NCBI RefSeq assembly: GCF_036365525.1
Contig: NC_090376.1
Span: forward strand, 8,581,997-8,645,996
Reading direction: 5' to 3'
Source: Heterodontus francisci
Taxonomy: Eukaryota
DNA: 64,000 nt
Shown here: positions 11,031-25,119 of the stretch, in pieces
Layout: every line of letters begins with the position of its first letter
Numbering within the stretch: the stretch's first letter is position 1
Made by a program: the position numbers and the translations under genes
The notes under the pieces: generated by a model
Seen by the model: only the letters and a program-made list of their open reading frames with translations
The model's database searches: none
Told to the model about the DNA's origin: nothing

Positions 11031-12753
11031 ACCCAACAAAGCTGATGGAGGATAATCATAGCCTCTGGCAAACAAGTGCTGAACGGTAGAACAGGCAGAG
11101 GAAGATGTGCTATCTGAGATATCTCAACGGCTGTTCTGGCGGACAAAAGCTGCAGCTGAACGAAACCCCTCAATCGTCTTGGTTTCCTTACCATTGGATC
11201 AAGGTGTCTTTCTGTCAAGATACGTGTGCAAGCTGGTGTGCAACGGTTTCTCCTGCTAAAAGATGTCACGCATAGGCGTCTTCCATTCTGAGTACATCCT
11301 CCAAGCCCTATCCTTACCTATTACAAGAATGACTTCCAGCAGGCGAGCACTGGATTGCAATCAGGCGAGGGGACCCGAACCAATTTCCTCCCTCATCATT
11401 AGCCCGGGGCTCCTGAAGCCAGGCGCAGTGCCCTGCGCTGCTGTCCCAAACAGCCAACTCCGGATAGAGCAGGGATTGAACCTGTGACTTTCGTGGCCTT
11501 TACAGTTGATTGCCTCCCCAGAAACTGTACTTGTCCTGTCCATCATCGGAGATCAAAGAAAACATTTTGCAAATCTTAATTTCTAGAACGTGCATTTATA
11601 TAGCACCTCGAGACATCCCAAAGCACTTTACAATCAATGTCGACAATGTACGAAACATGGCAGCCAATTTACACCCAGCAAGATGCTGCAAAAAGCAACG
11701 TAATAATGGCCAGATAATTGGACAAGCAGGGGCGATGTAAACGAGGCAGAGTCGCTTTTTCAACCTGCTATCCCACACACCTGATAGAGTTCTACTGAAG
11801 TCAGTGGAACCAAATATTAGGCGGGGCGAATAACATGCAGGCAATGCGATACCACCTGTTCTGTGTCTCCCCTTCATGTCTAATTTCATCAATTGTTTCA
11901 GGTGTTGGCTGAGGGACAAACATTGGCCAGAAAGCGTAAGCTCCTACTTATTCCTGCCCAGCCGATTTAAAGATGGTCTGACTCAGCAGGCTGTAATTGC
12001 ATGTTCGTGACCGCCTGCTGCCTGTTTGTATTTCACAGGCACACGGTGCAGCAGTCTTGGCTGATCGACAGCAAGGCAGGGCCGGCTAAATAACGGGTAC
12101 AAGTTTTAGGAAATCAACAAAAATAAAACCAACTTGAGCAATTATTATTACAAAGATGAAAAGAAAATGGTACCATTTAAAATGGCACAGTGTGGGGTCA
12201 GGACATTGAGAATACACGCTCAGTGCAGCTGCAGAATAGACCCACTCAAGCATCGTCAAAACAAGCGTCCTGTCAATGGAAAATCAGCCCCATCACCCCC
12301 TACTCACAATGGGAAACCCGGTCTGCAAGCACACGCTTGAAATGGGATCTCTGTACTCAAGATTCCCTCATGTATACTCAATATGGGAAACCTAGTGTCT
12401 TACGAATGATCAAACTGGGGGACGAGGTCGCCCTATGCTCACTTTTAGCAGAAATGTATATTCTAAATACAGTAATTGAACAAAGGCACTCGTTATTGCT
12501 TTGAATGACCAAAATACCAGTGGCCGACGCTGAAACTGGGCAGTCCAGTTTGAAACAGGAAGTGCAATCGCCTAGAACACAGAATGCATCTTTTAAAATC
12601 TTTCCTCCTCCTCCTCCTGTTTAAGTAACTCAAGCTGCACACCACAAAGAAAATAATAGCAATGAGGCCAGGTTTCACTTTGCGAAAACAAAGGAAGCCA
12701 CAGTGAGATTAAAGTGTTGTCATGGCATCTCTCGCTGTTTTTGGTTTGTTGTT

Positions 12754-12987
<234 letters not shown>

Positions 12988-13087
12988 TCAGCTCCCATCC
13001 TAACATGTGCACGGGAGCGTCTCCAATGACTGGGCCTTCAGTAATGTGTCTTTTTAGATAAAATGTTTCCTCCCGTACCTGTTCTGA

Positions 13088-13368
13088 ACTTCAAAGTGAG
13101 AGGGGAAAAGTTTAGGGGGGATATGCGTGGAAAGTTCTTTACGCAGAGGGTGGTGGGTGCCTGGAACGCGTTGCCAGCGGAGGTGGTAGACGCGGGCACG
13201 ATAGCGTCTTTTAAGATGTATCTAGACAGATACATGAATGGGCAGGAAGCAAAGAGATACAGACCCTTAGAAAATAGGCGACAGGTTTAGATAGAGGATC
13301 TGGATCGGCGCAGGCTTGGAGGGCCAAAGGGCCTGTTCCTGTGCTGTAATTTTCTTTGTTCTTTGTTC
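13088..13368 (+). mobile_element. 5'-truncated young CR1 3' end
   Basis: FKVRGEKFRGDMRGKFFTQRVVGAWNALP; nearly identical to 54025-54304; tail (TTCTTTG)n. Confidence 0.92.
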
Positions 13369-13429
13369 ATTTTTAACTGGTTACCTTTATGGCTGCTAGC
13401 TCCATCATCCTACATTACTCTCAATATCA

Positions 13430-14530
13430 ACAACAACTTAACATTTATATAGCGTCCTTAAAGTAGTAAAACGTCCCAAGGTGTTCACGGGAGTGTTATC
13501 AGACTAAACTTTACACCAAACTACATGAGGAGATATTAGGACAGATGGGTCAACGATACAGGTTTTAGGAGCGTCTTAAAAAGGAGAGAACATAAGAAAT
13601 AGGAGCTGGTGTCGGCCATTTGGCCCCTCGAGCCTGCTCCGCCATTCTACAAAAATCGGGGCTGATCTTCTACCTCAACTCCATCTTCCCGCACTCTCCC
13701 CGTATCCCTTAATTCCCAAATATCTATCGACCTCTGTCTTGAACATACTCAACGATTGAGTATTGTGTGTCTCTGGGGTACAGAATTCCAAGGATTCATC
13801 TCAGTCCTAGATGGGCGACCCCTTATCCTGAGACTGTGACCCTGTGTTCTAGATTCCCCAGCCAAGTGAAACATTTTCTCAGCATCTACACTGTTAAGCC
13901 CCTGAAGAATTTTATATGTTTCATTTAGATCACCTCTCATTCTTCCAAACTCCAGGGAACGTCAACTCTGCTTCTCTCTCCACAGATACTGCAAGATCTG
14001 ATGAGTATTTGCAGCACCTTCTGCTTTTATTTCAGATTTCCAGCATCCGCAGTATTTTGTTCCAGGGAATATGGGCCTAGTCTATTCAAACTCTGCTCAT
14101 AGCAGAATCCGCTCATCCCAGGAACCAGTCTAGTGAATGTTCATTGCATTCCCTCTATCGCAAGTATGTCCTTCCTTGGGCGAGGAGACCAAATCTCCAA
14201 GTGTGGCCTCACCAATGACCTGTACAAATGTAGTGAGACTTTGAGAGAAAAAGGTGAGACAGGTGGAGAGGTTTAGGGAGGGAAGTCCAGAGCTTAGGGC
14301 CCAGGCAGCTGAAGGCACGGCCACCAATGGTGGAGCGATTAAAATGGGATCTCAAGAGGTCCGAATTTGAAGAGCGCAGAGATTTCAGAGGATTGTAGGA
14401 GGTGACAGAGATAGGATGGGGTGAAGCCATGGAGGGAATCGGACCATGAGGATAACTGGACTGGGAGCCAATGTAGGTCAGCGAGTACAGGCGTGATGGG
14501 CAAATGGGCAAGTTGTAAGCAATAGCTTTC
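13430..14530 (-). mobile_element. L2 3' fragment interrupted by a CR1 fragment (~13590-14240), itself holding a Penelope terminal fragment (~13960-14060)
   Basis: ORF track shows ITPVLADLHWLPV and GGRAFSCLGPKLWTSLP (L2) and RGDLNETYKILQGL (CR1). Confidence 0.75.
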
Positions 14531-15003
14531 CTCATCTAACATGTTTGTGTTCCTTTGTCCTTCAGAGAATTTGAATTTCAGACAAGTTGTTCCGATGCAT
14601 TGTTTCTTGTATGAGCTCACCACAACACTGGCTCATGGATTGGTTCGGTAGAGGAAATTCAGTCAAACTTGTTTTGTCCTTGCAAAGTTTATCTGCACCT
14701 CTCCCTAAAGTATCATTCCAGGCTGGCATCTACCTGACGTTAGATTACACCAGTGGCCATTTCTTGTGAGCAAGTCCAGACACTTGGTGCTGATCAGCTA
14801 TTTGGCTACAAAGGCATCACAGTCCAATCATGCCCTCATTCAAGGTGCATAAAACACACATGCACTTTCATTAAGGAGTTACTGGATGGACAGCTATCAG
14901 CAGAGGGAACCCTGCCTAATCTCCCCCGTCCTGTGCCTGGGGGTACTCAAGACCACTGAAGGCATCAGGAATCCATTCAATGGCCTTCCTGTGACAGAAC
15001 CAT

Positions 15004-15585
15004 GTCAGCTGTGGCTCAGTGGGTGGCAATCTCACCTCTGATTCAGAAGGTTGTGGGTTCAAACCCTGGTCCAGGGACTTGAGCACAGAATCACATTTGA
15101 CACCTCGCAGTGCAGTACTGAGGGGAGTGCTGCACTGTTGGAGGTGCCAGCTTTTGGATGAGACATTAAACTAAGACCCCATCTGCCTTCATTGGCACTT
15201 TTTTTGACGAAAAGCAGGGGGGAGTTCTCTCCGGTGTCCTGGGCCAATCTTTATCCCCCAACCAACATCACTAAAACAAATAAAAGCAAAATACTGCGGA
15301 TGCTGGAAATCTGAAATAAAAACAAGAAATGCTGGAATCACTCAGCAGGTCTGGCAGCATCAGATGCTGCCAGACCTGCTGAGTGATTCCAGCATTTCTT
15401 GTTACCACTAAAACAAATGATCATTATCACAATGGCTGTTAGTGGGAGCTTGCTGTGCACAAAATGTCTTCCATGTTTCCTGCATTACAACAGTGTCTAC
15501 ACTCCAAAAAGCACTTCATTGGCTGGAGAACTGTTGAGACGTCATGAAAGGTGCTATATAAATGCAAGTTCTTTTGTTCTTTCTT
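15004..15585 (+). mobile_element. tRNA-derived Deu-domain SINE (SacSINE1-like) carrying an inserted fold-back element
   Basis: Head GTCAGCTGTGGCTCAGTGG...GGGTTCAAA, body CAGTGCAGTACTGAGGGGAGTGCTGCACTG, tail GCTATATAAATGCAAG. The same family recurs at ~9170-9340(-), 10040-10360(-), 17550-17815(-), 19380-19810, 21930-22750(-), 22866-23320, 23878-24310, 32145-32580(-), 35290-35650, 36334-36790, 37473-37860, 40578-41200 and 58990-59600. Confidence 0.85.
15321..15403. repeat. Perfect inverted repeat, 41-bp arms with 1-nt spacer, made of Penelope terminal sequence
   Basis: 15321-15361 is the exact reverse complement of 15363-15403; flanked by the 13-bp direct repeat CACTAAAACAAAT (15269-15281 and 15406-15418). 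Confidence 0.95.
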
Positions 15586-17061
15586 GCCCTGGCCTGTGTG
15601 CCTCACATACTCAATGAACATTGCACTTACCAGCTGAAGCTCCTAAGGTTGCTTCAGGGCACCCATATCTCAGTCTGACATTAGCACAATACACTGAAGG
15701 ACCTACACTGTTTGCATATTACCCAGCTAGATTGCTTGCTATTGATGTAACACAGAAACAGATCCAGATAATCTGCCGATGAGATCCAATTATGAAGCTC
15801 GAATTTTTACTATTAACTCTGGATAAATGTCAATTCAGTCTCCATATTGTCTGTGCCATGTATTAAAGAGGACCAGCATCACTGTCAGTATCTCTTTTAT
15901 AAATTGTACAGTAATGATCATCTGTCTACTTAATTTAAAGGGCCTGCAGGTCAAGTACTGGCTCAGTGCAGCAGCAAGCTGTGCAGATCGGCAAGTCCCA
16001 GGTTTGATTGCCTGGCTTGGCTGATCTCTTGGAGGGAGAGAAAAAAAATTAACTGCCCCCTCCGACAGCACAACACTCTAATAAAACTGATAAGCATGCC
16101 AGGCTCTGCACTCGAGTCTTGTGTTGGGGAGAGATTTGCTCTCACAGGTCATTGCAGGGGGAAAAAAACCTCAGGCTTTAAAAAAAAAAGGAAAACATCA
16201 ACACATGAAAAAGGATTCCTTATGTCAGGTGGCTGCCACAGTTTCTATATAGGAGTGATCCAGAATCAGTTCTCTAGGTCCACAAAGAAAAACTGTGATA
16301 AATTAACCATCAGTAATGGGAACAGAGTGTCGGTCTTTCTCTAAAGATTTGCTGCGGCCTTTAAGGAGAAATGAATAGACATCATTTTTGGAGAACACAA
16401 CTTCAGTCCTTTGGAACAGAGTGACACATTTCCAAAGAATTCTCTTCATATCTCGTCACACACTCCCTGGTCCTGTCTTTTTCCTTTGAAAATTTTTTTC
16501 TTATGCTGTTTAATAGGAACGAAATATTCATGCTTGGCAATGGAGCTTTCCCATTTACAGCACTCAGTGTCAACATCAAGGCTCAGCCAGACAGAGGGAA
16601 GCTGTTTAGTTGGAGAATCACAACTCTTTGGATGTCCAACAGCCAGATATGGCGGAGCGCTCGGGAGAGACAGGTCTTGAAGAGGTAGAGTTGGACATGG
16701 AAGCTGAAGCCAGTGTTTGTGTGGGTTAAGGGGTAGCATGTAGATGTATTAGAGGGAGAGACCAACGATAGTTCCTTGGGGAACACTAGAGGTAGGGCTG
16801 TGGGGACAGGAAGAAAAGTAACTGCTGAAAATGCTATGGCTATGACCCGACAGGTTAGAGTAGAACTAAACCAGGGCAGTCCCATTGAGCTGGAGAGGGT
16901 TTCGAGGCGTTGGTGGAAGATGGTGTCAAAGGCTGCAGAGAGGCTGAGGACGATGCAGAGGGGCAGTGCAGCATTGTCTCATTCACAGAGGACACAACTG
17001 ATTAGGTTGCTCCAATGCTGTGGCAGGGGCAAAAACCTGATCAGAGAGATGCAAGCATGGA

Positions 17062-17369
17062 GTTTATTTAGAGATACAGTACTGAAACAGGCCCTTCGGC
17101 CCACAGAGTCTGTGCTGACCAACAAGCACCCATTTATACTAACCCTGCAGTAATGCCATAATCCCTACCACCTAGCTACACTGGGGGCAATTTACAACGG
17201 CCAATTTACCTATCAACCTGCAAGTCTTTGGCAGTGGGAGGAAACCGGAGCACCCGGCGAAAACCCACGCAGTCACAGGGAGAACTTGCAAACTCCGCGC
17301 AGGCAGTACCCAGAATCGAACCCGGGTCCCTGGAGTTGTGAGGCGGCGGTGCTAACCACTGCGCCACCC
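17062..17369 (-). mobile_element. V-SINE (HE1-like) inserted into an L2 RT fragment (~16660-17550, -)
   Basis: Reverse complement of the 4157 family; flanks translate to L2-like TFKVAIITP. Confidence 0.85.
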
Positions 17370-17818
17370 AACATGACATAAAAGGACTTGAGAGGAAAGG
17401 TGGCTCGAAGGTGAGGTGGTAGCTGGCAAGGACAGAGGGGTTGAGTTTGAGTTTTTATTTGGAAAGGTGGGTGTGATGATGGCAACTTTGAAAGTGTGGG
17501 ACAGTATGGAGGAGAGGGAATTATTTACAACGTCAACTAGGATGAAGGCCAGGAAAAGAAAGACTTGCACTTATATAGCACCTTTCACAAACTCAGGCGG
17601 CCCCAAAGCACTTCACGGCCCATGAAGTTATTTTGAAGTGTGGTCACTGTTGTAATGTAGGATCTGCACACAGCAAGTTCCCACAAACTGCGAATGAGAC
17701 AAATGACCAGATTTTTAAAGTGATGTTAGTTGAGGGATAAATATTGGCCAGGACACCGGGGAGAACCCCCCCGCCCCCCCCCCACCACCACCACCCCCCT
17801 CCCCGCTCTTCTTCGAAT

Positions 17819-18651
17819 TCTTTTTCTTTCTTTCTTTCTTTCTTTCTTCTTTTGGGCCTCCTTATCTCGAGAGACAATGGATACGCGCCTGGAGGTGGTC
17901 AGTGGTTTGTGAAGCAGCGCCTGGAGTGGCTATAAAGGCCAATTCTGGAGTGACAGGCTCTTCCACAGGTGCTGCAGAGAAATTTGTTTGTTGGGGCTGT
18001 TGCACAGTTGGCTCTCCCCTTGCGCCTCTGTCTTTTTTCCTGCCAACTACTAAGTCTCTTCGACTCGCCACAATTTAGCCCTGTCTTTATGGCTGCCCGC
18101 CAGCTCTGGCGAATGCTGGCAACTGACTCCCACGACTTGTGATCAATGTCACACGATTTCATGTCGCGTTTGCAGACGTCTTTATAACGGAGACATGGAC
18201 GGCCGGTGGGTCTGATACCAGTGGCGAGCTCGCTGTACAATGTGTCTTTGGGGATCCTGCCATCTTCCATGCGGCTCACATGGCCAAGCCATCTCAAGCG
18301 CCGCTGACTCAGTAGTGTGTATAAGCTGGGGGTGTTGGCCGCTTCAAGGACTTCTGTGTTGGAGATATAGTCCTGCCACCTGATGCCAAGTATTCTCCGA
18401 AGGCAGCGAAGATGGAATGAATTGAGACGTCGCTCTTGGCTGGCATACGTTGTCCAGGCCTCGCTGCCGTAGAGCAAGGTACTGAGGACACAGGCCTGAT
18501 ACACTCGGACTTTTGTGTTCCGTGTCAGTGCGCCATTTTCCCACACTCTCTTGGCCAGTCTGGACATAGCAGTGGAAGCCTTACCCATGCGCTTGTTGAT
18601 TTCTGCATCTAGAGACAGGTTACTGGTGATAGTTGAGCCTAGGTAGGTGAA
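17819..18651 (-). mobile_element. Young 5'-truncated RTE-clade LINE with TSD
   Basis: ORF 17899-18588 TKVRVYQACVLSTLLYGSEAW...CSTCGRACHSRIGLYSHSRRC; (GAAA)n tail; TSD CTTCGAAT at 17811-17818 and 18652-18659. Confidence 0.95.
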
Positions 18652-21600
18652 CTTCGAATAGTGCTAAGGGATGTTAGATTCTGTTACAAAGCTTAGTGAA
18701 ATCAGGAAAACCACTGTTCATGTGGCTCATTATTTACTCTGCATGAATGATTGGGTTAATGAGCAACAAATGATCACATTAATATTCAGATTCTGTGTCG
18801 ACATTTTACTGACATCAGGTGGCTAATGCTGCCACCCGGTGGTTGGCTCTCACAACTGCAATTGCCATCATTGATGAGTCGCCATTTTTTTGGCTCCCAC
18901 TTGATTGGGCAGCACACCACGGAAACACAGAATGCCAGAGAGCCGGGACTTGTTGGATGTTGAAACTGAAGTTGTAGACTAGGATGGCTCAGCTCGCTTG
19001 CTTTCAACTGATGTCTTACTGCAACCTTTTAATTACAAAACTTCTAATTTTATTAAACAATATGACTTTGACGCTTTAGCATTCCATACGGTACTCACAG
19101 CGTCCCAGAATTAAGGAGGGAAGTGACCTGTTTCAGCACCTCTGATATTTTCATCTGCAATCAGTGCAAAAGTGTGCCTCGACTACTCCTTTCTGAGATG
19201 CTTCCCTCCAAATCACAGTGGAGATTAGAATCCATTGGGAGTATCCTAATGGCTCGACTAATTGCAGGGTACGGAACTAAATCATACAGACCAGATGAAG
19301 GAAATATTAGTGCAAGTGTTTTTTGCTTTACATGTGGATGGGTTCAAGATGCAATGTTAAATATGTATACATGTAGATGGCAGCTGTGGCTCAGTGCGTA
19401 GCACTCTCGCCTGAGTCAAAAGGTCGTGGGTTGAAGTCCCACTCCAGAGCACGTAATCCAGGCTGACACTCCCAATGCAGTACTGAGGGAGTGCTGGGCT
19501 GTCTGAGGTGCCATCATTCGGATGAGATATTAAATCAAGGCCCCGTCTGCCCTCTCAGGTGGATGTAGAAGATCTGAAGGCACTATTTTGAAGACAAGCA
19601 GTGGGCTAATTTGCAGGGTTATGGGGAAAAAGCTGAGATGTGGGACTAAATTAGATAGCTCCTTCAAAAAGCCGGCAGCGGTTAAATGGCCCCCTTCTCC
19701 AGCACAGACACGATGGGTTGAAGGGCCGCATTGTTTATTAGTCCATGATATTATATCACTTTGTTGAATCCTCACTGAATAAATGCACCCTGCGATGACA
19801 TATAAATGCAAGCTCCTTCAGCCGTTCTTTGAGAAGTTTGATGTTGCCTTCCAATCTCACCTGGGCAGCGATGAAGGCGAGATAACTGGATTCAGCATTT
19901 CAGATTTGTTGGGAGCAGGAGCAGGGGACTGATAGAGAATTTGGGTCAGGGTTCTTGCTGCCGAGGTTTATATCCCCTGATGGGAGTGCACGTCAGTGAA
20001 TGACGGCTGATGACAGAATCAAGCTTGCAGTTCTTGGTTCCCACAACAGAACAGCTAGTGCATGCCTCCTTTATTGGAGAATTGTCACTTGGAAAGCTGC
20101 CAGCACTCCAGCACTAGTCACTGCCGTGAGGGTAAGGGAATCAAATCAAACATAAAAGTTGAAAGAAGAAAACAGCGGTCTAAATATTTATATAATTAAA
20201 ACTTTTCCATCTAGAAAGGCAGACTTTGCATTTACATAGCACTTTATTATGTCCTCAGGACATCTCAAAGCACCTCAAAGCCCATTAATTATTCTTAATG
20301 ACAGACAAATAGTGATATAGAGAGACAGAGTTAAAATACAAATTCACTACCTATTTCTTTTGCACTTTCAGAGTCGCAGCATGAACTTTATCTGAGACAT
20401 CTGACAGGGGAAATATAACTATATACTAGCGGTTGTTTATTTCTGTGTTATAGCACGTTTTTTCAGAAAACTGTGCTGTGTGAAGGGAACATATTGATTT
20501 ATCTGTCTGTGTGGAATAAGGAACACACTGCACACTGACTTACCCCCAGAAAAATCAATCAGAAAACATTGATTTTACTGTGAGAATATCTCACTCTTTT
20601 CAATCTTTTAAAGATGTTCCCCCGCCAGCACTCCCTGCATTGCAACCAAGAGCAGTGATGCGGGTGATGTTCTGGTATTACGAAGTGTATTCCAAGGAAG
20701 GAAACCAATTGGGAGTTGAGATCGACGGGGCTGTGAATTAGCAACAAGGGGACAGAAATGCAGCATTGGTAATGCAAATGTATGGGGTGAGCGAGAGGTT
20801 AGAAGTAATTTATATTTTTCACATGAAGGATTATATGGAATGTTCCACCACAACAATGGAGGGAGCCTTTGGCTCAGTGGTAGTGTGCCCACCTCGGAAC
20901 CAGCAGATAGAAGGTTTGAACCCTGCTCCAGACAGCCCTGCTGAGTGGAGACCAGAACAACGTCAAGTGGGATTCACATGCCCAGTACTGGATGTGAACA
21001 TCCCCATCCCATTGTATGAGTTGCAGAAGCCCATAAAACACTCCCTTCATATAGAACGAACCACCAACTGATATAAAGATGGTTACAGTGTTGACGGAAC
21101 CTCACGTCACAGCCTGTCAGACTGTTAATCAGCCTATGAATCTTTCCACTGCACACTGCCCTCCAAGGGAAGAGCACAACACGATGAAAAAAAAACAATG
21201 ACCACACTATGCTGTCAGACTGTTAATCAGCTGTGAATCCTTCCACCAATTGCCTTGAAAAATAGTGCCAAGGTGCTAAAACTAAAACTGCAACATTTAA
21301 CAGTGAATTTGATAAACTCTTAAGAAGAAAAGTATTAGGGATGAGCATAGAGCACAAATGTAGAGTTTGATAACAGTCAAAGTGGCTGAAAGGTCTCCCT
21401 CTGTGCTGAAACCTCTATGATTCTCTGTTAATAACCCACTCAAGTTAGCAACAAACACCAGGCTATCTACATTGTGTGTGTCTACAGGGGAGGGAGTGGG
21501 ACTTGCCAAAATTGCAGAGAGCTAGCATGGACTGAAGGGCCTCCTTCTGTGCTGTAACTGTTCTATTATTCTATTCTATGCTTCCTATGTTTCGCACTCT

Positions 21601-22039
21601 GTAGAGTTACAAGACGATTAAACTACAATGGGTGTGGATTAATGAGATACTTAATGAAATCAGGTGGTTCCATGGAGGGTATAACAATTGGCTGGAGGAA
21701 TCTGGGATTAATTAGAACACTTAAGTTATATTTTTTCTGCTCTTGGTGCCCTTAATTATCTTTTGAAGACACTTCATGTGCAGAGTCACAATCCTGTACA
21801 TCAGGAAGAGGAGAATCAGTGGCAACTACTCTTGCACTTGCTCAGCCCAATGGTCCTGACGCCTTGGTGCCATTGGGTAATGGAAGGTCTCACAGCGCAG
21901 ATGTAGTAAGCAGTGCGATGTGGGTAGGCAGAAGAAAGGCTTGCATTTATATAGCGCATCTCACAACCTCAGAACATCCCAAAGTGCTGTACAGCCAGTG
22001 AAATACGTTTGAAGTCACTGCTGTAATGTAGGAAACATT

Positions 22040-22510
22040 ACCAAAGCCTGTCCACCATCGACAAGGCACAAGTCAGGAGTGTGATGGAATACTCTCCACT
22101 TGCCTGGATGGGTGCAGCTCCAACAACACTCAAGAAACTCGACACCATCCAGGACAAAGCAGCCAGTTTGATTGGCACCCCATCCACCACCTTCAACATT
22201 CGTTCCTCCACCACTGACGCACAGTGGCAGCAGTGTGTACCATCTACAAGATGCACAGCAGCAACTCACCAAGGCTCCTTTGACAGCACCTTCCAAATCC
22301 GTGTTTTTGTATCTCGGCATGTTCCTTCACTGTCACTGGGTCGAAATCCTCGAACTCCCTTCCTAACAGCAATGTAGGTGTACCTACACCACAAGGACTA
22401 TAGTGGTTCAAGAAGGCAGCTCACCACCACCTTCTCAAGAGCAATTAAGGATGGGCAATAAGTGCTGGCCTAGTCAGCGAATCCCATATCCCATGAATGA
22501 ATAAAACAAA
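22040..22510 (+). mobile_element. 3' fragment of the same LINE family as 3084-4766, inserted into a Deu-type SINE
   Basis: MEYSPLAWMGAAPTTLKKLDTIQDKAA; same 3' UTR and gaatgaat tail. Confidence 0.9.
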
Positions 22511-23660
22511 ATGTGGCAGCCAATTTGTGTACAGCAAGATCCCACAAACAGCAATGAGCTAATGGCCAGATCATCTGTTTTACTGATGTTTGTTGAGGGA
22601 TAAATGTTAGTCAAAAAAACAGGGAGAACTCCCCTGCTCTCTCTGGAATAGTGGCCGTGGGATCTGTTGTGTCACCCGAGAGGGCACACACGGCCTGGCT
22701 TATCCAAAAGACAGCACCTCCAACAGTGCAGCACTCCCTCAGTACTGCACTGGCGGCAGAACATAACTCATGAGGTAAAAATTGTTGGGGATGGGGTGGA
22801 TAGGGAAAAGGAGCAAACAAATCTCTCACCACTGGCTGCACCTATATTGCTGTGAACATTTCTTGTCAGCTGTGGCTCAGTGAGTAGTGCTCGCCCCTCT
22901 GAGTCACAAGGTTCCAGGTTCAAGTCCCACTGCAGGACTCCAGAATGACAATCTCGGCTAACACTCCAGTGCAGTACTGAGAGAGTGCTGTACTGTTGGA
23001 GGTGCCGTCTTTCAGGTGAGATGTTGAACCAAGGTGTGGTCTTTGATCTCAGGTGGATGTAAAAGATCCCTTGGCACTCTTTCAAAGAGCAGGGAGATAC
23101 TCCTGGAGGCCCGGCCAATGTTTATCTCTCAATCAACATCACAAAAAAAATCATCACATTGCTGTTTGTGGGAGCTTGCTGTGTGCAAATTGGCTGCTGC
23201 ATTTCCTACATTACAACAGTGACTACACTTCAAACGTAATTTATTGGTTGGAAAATGCTTTGAGATGCCTGGAGTTTGTGAAAAGCGCTGTGTATAAATG
23301 CAAAAGTTTCTTTTTTTTTCATGCATTTCTTTACGTGAATGATTTGTCACTTCCCTTCCCCCACCTTCAAAACATCCTCACACATGGCTGAAAATAAACA
23401 ATTGGTCAGCATGTGCTCCTCCCCTCAGACATCTACCCAACGATACCTTGTGTACACAATTTGGCAGCACCCCTCCCCCCATCAATTCAGACATCCTGGA
23501 CCTTGAGTCACCTGCTCCAGTCTCAGAAATCCAGGACATCCTTATTTGCTAAGCCAAATTAAGCAATTCAACACTTTTTCTGCCGCAGAAATCCTGAGCC
23601 TCACCATATGTTGCACCATCCAGCCCCCTTTTCAAACAAAAAATGCTCAACTTCAACTCA

Positions 23661-23813
<153 letters not shown>

Positions 23814-25119
23814 CTAAAAGGGAAGAGAGTACAACTGTCAGGATAGACCTGGAACTTTTTGTTTAAAGCTTCCCATGCCAGCTCAGTGGGTAGCACTCTC
23901 TCAGCTCCAAGTCAGAAAGCTATGGGTTCAAGTCCCACTCCAGAGACTTAAGCACAAAAGTCTAGGCTGATACTTTCGCATCAGCGTAGAAATGAGGGAG
24001 TGCCGCACTGTTGGAGATGCTGTCCTTCGGATGAGACGTTAAGCCACTGTCTGCTCTTTGAGGAGGATGTAAAACAGCCCATGGCCCTATTTCGGAAAAG
24101 AGAAGGGGATTTCTCTCTTACATATTTATCTGCTCAAGCATCACTAAAAATAGAAGATCTACTCACACATTTGTGGGATCTTGCTGTGCACAAATTGGCT
24201 GCCCCATTTCCTACATTACAACAGTGACTACATTTCAAAAAGTACTTCATTGGTGTAAAGCACTGTTAAATTGGTAATAAATAAATAAATGCAAGTTTTT
24301 CTTTCTTTAAAACCTTGTATACAAACACAATCTTTCGCGATTTCAGGACCTCCCAAAGCGTTTTGTGACCGATGACAATGGGTCGGTCAAAAGTCATGCG
24401 TGACAACTGGGGGCCAGATTTGGGGTGGTAGGGGCCAGGGGAGCAGTGGCAGGCCCCAAGGAGGCGGCGAGAACGGAATCCACACACGTGCATGGCTGGG
24501 TGCGTTGCGAGGCTGGAAAATGCCTGAGGAAATGGCTGCAAAAAATTGACAAAGTGGATGTCGGGCGAGGGCAGTAATGGTGCATGAGAGACGGTGGCTG
24601 GGCAGCTGGCCAGTGGGGAGGACAGGCAGGCAGCAACTGCATGGGATAGTCAACCCTGAAGGCATCACAGCTCAGCCCACATCCCTGCAATTAACTGAAG
24701 TCCACAAGCATGCATTGTCAGCAGGATTCCCAGCAGGAACACTTGGCTGATTTCTTCCAATTCTATCCTGAAGACAAATAACAATTAAGTCAATTCCAGT
24801 GCCCCCAATGATTCAGCAGAAACTGGGAACTGAACCTGGGACGTCCCTGGACTCTCTGATGTGGATCTTGATTTGGTGCGATAATGTAAAATGTATGATA
24901 GCAAATCAGTCGCCTGCTTCATATCCCTCCTCATTTTTATTGCCATTGACTCAATCTACCCATACGGTTTAGTAGCTCGCAGTAACATTTACCCACATAG
25001 CTATCAGGGGAGCTCTCCTTGTATATTTTTCCTGCGGTAGAGGAGTTGCATCTTGCAGAGAGCTGGCACACGCATGACGGGCTGAATTCCATAGTTCTAT
25101 GATTATTATGCTCAAGTAA

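Noticed and set aside
11030-12750. INTS4 terminal exon or a processed pseudogene downstream of AAMDC
   Set aside because: No recognisable peptide similarity or exon structure; likely 3' UTR or intergenic sequence with repeat remnants.
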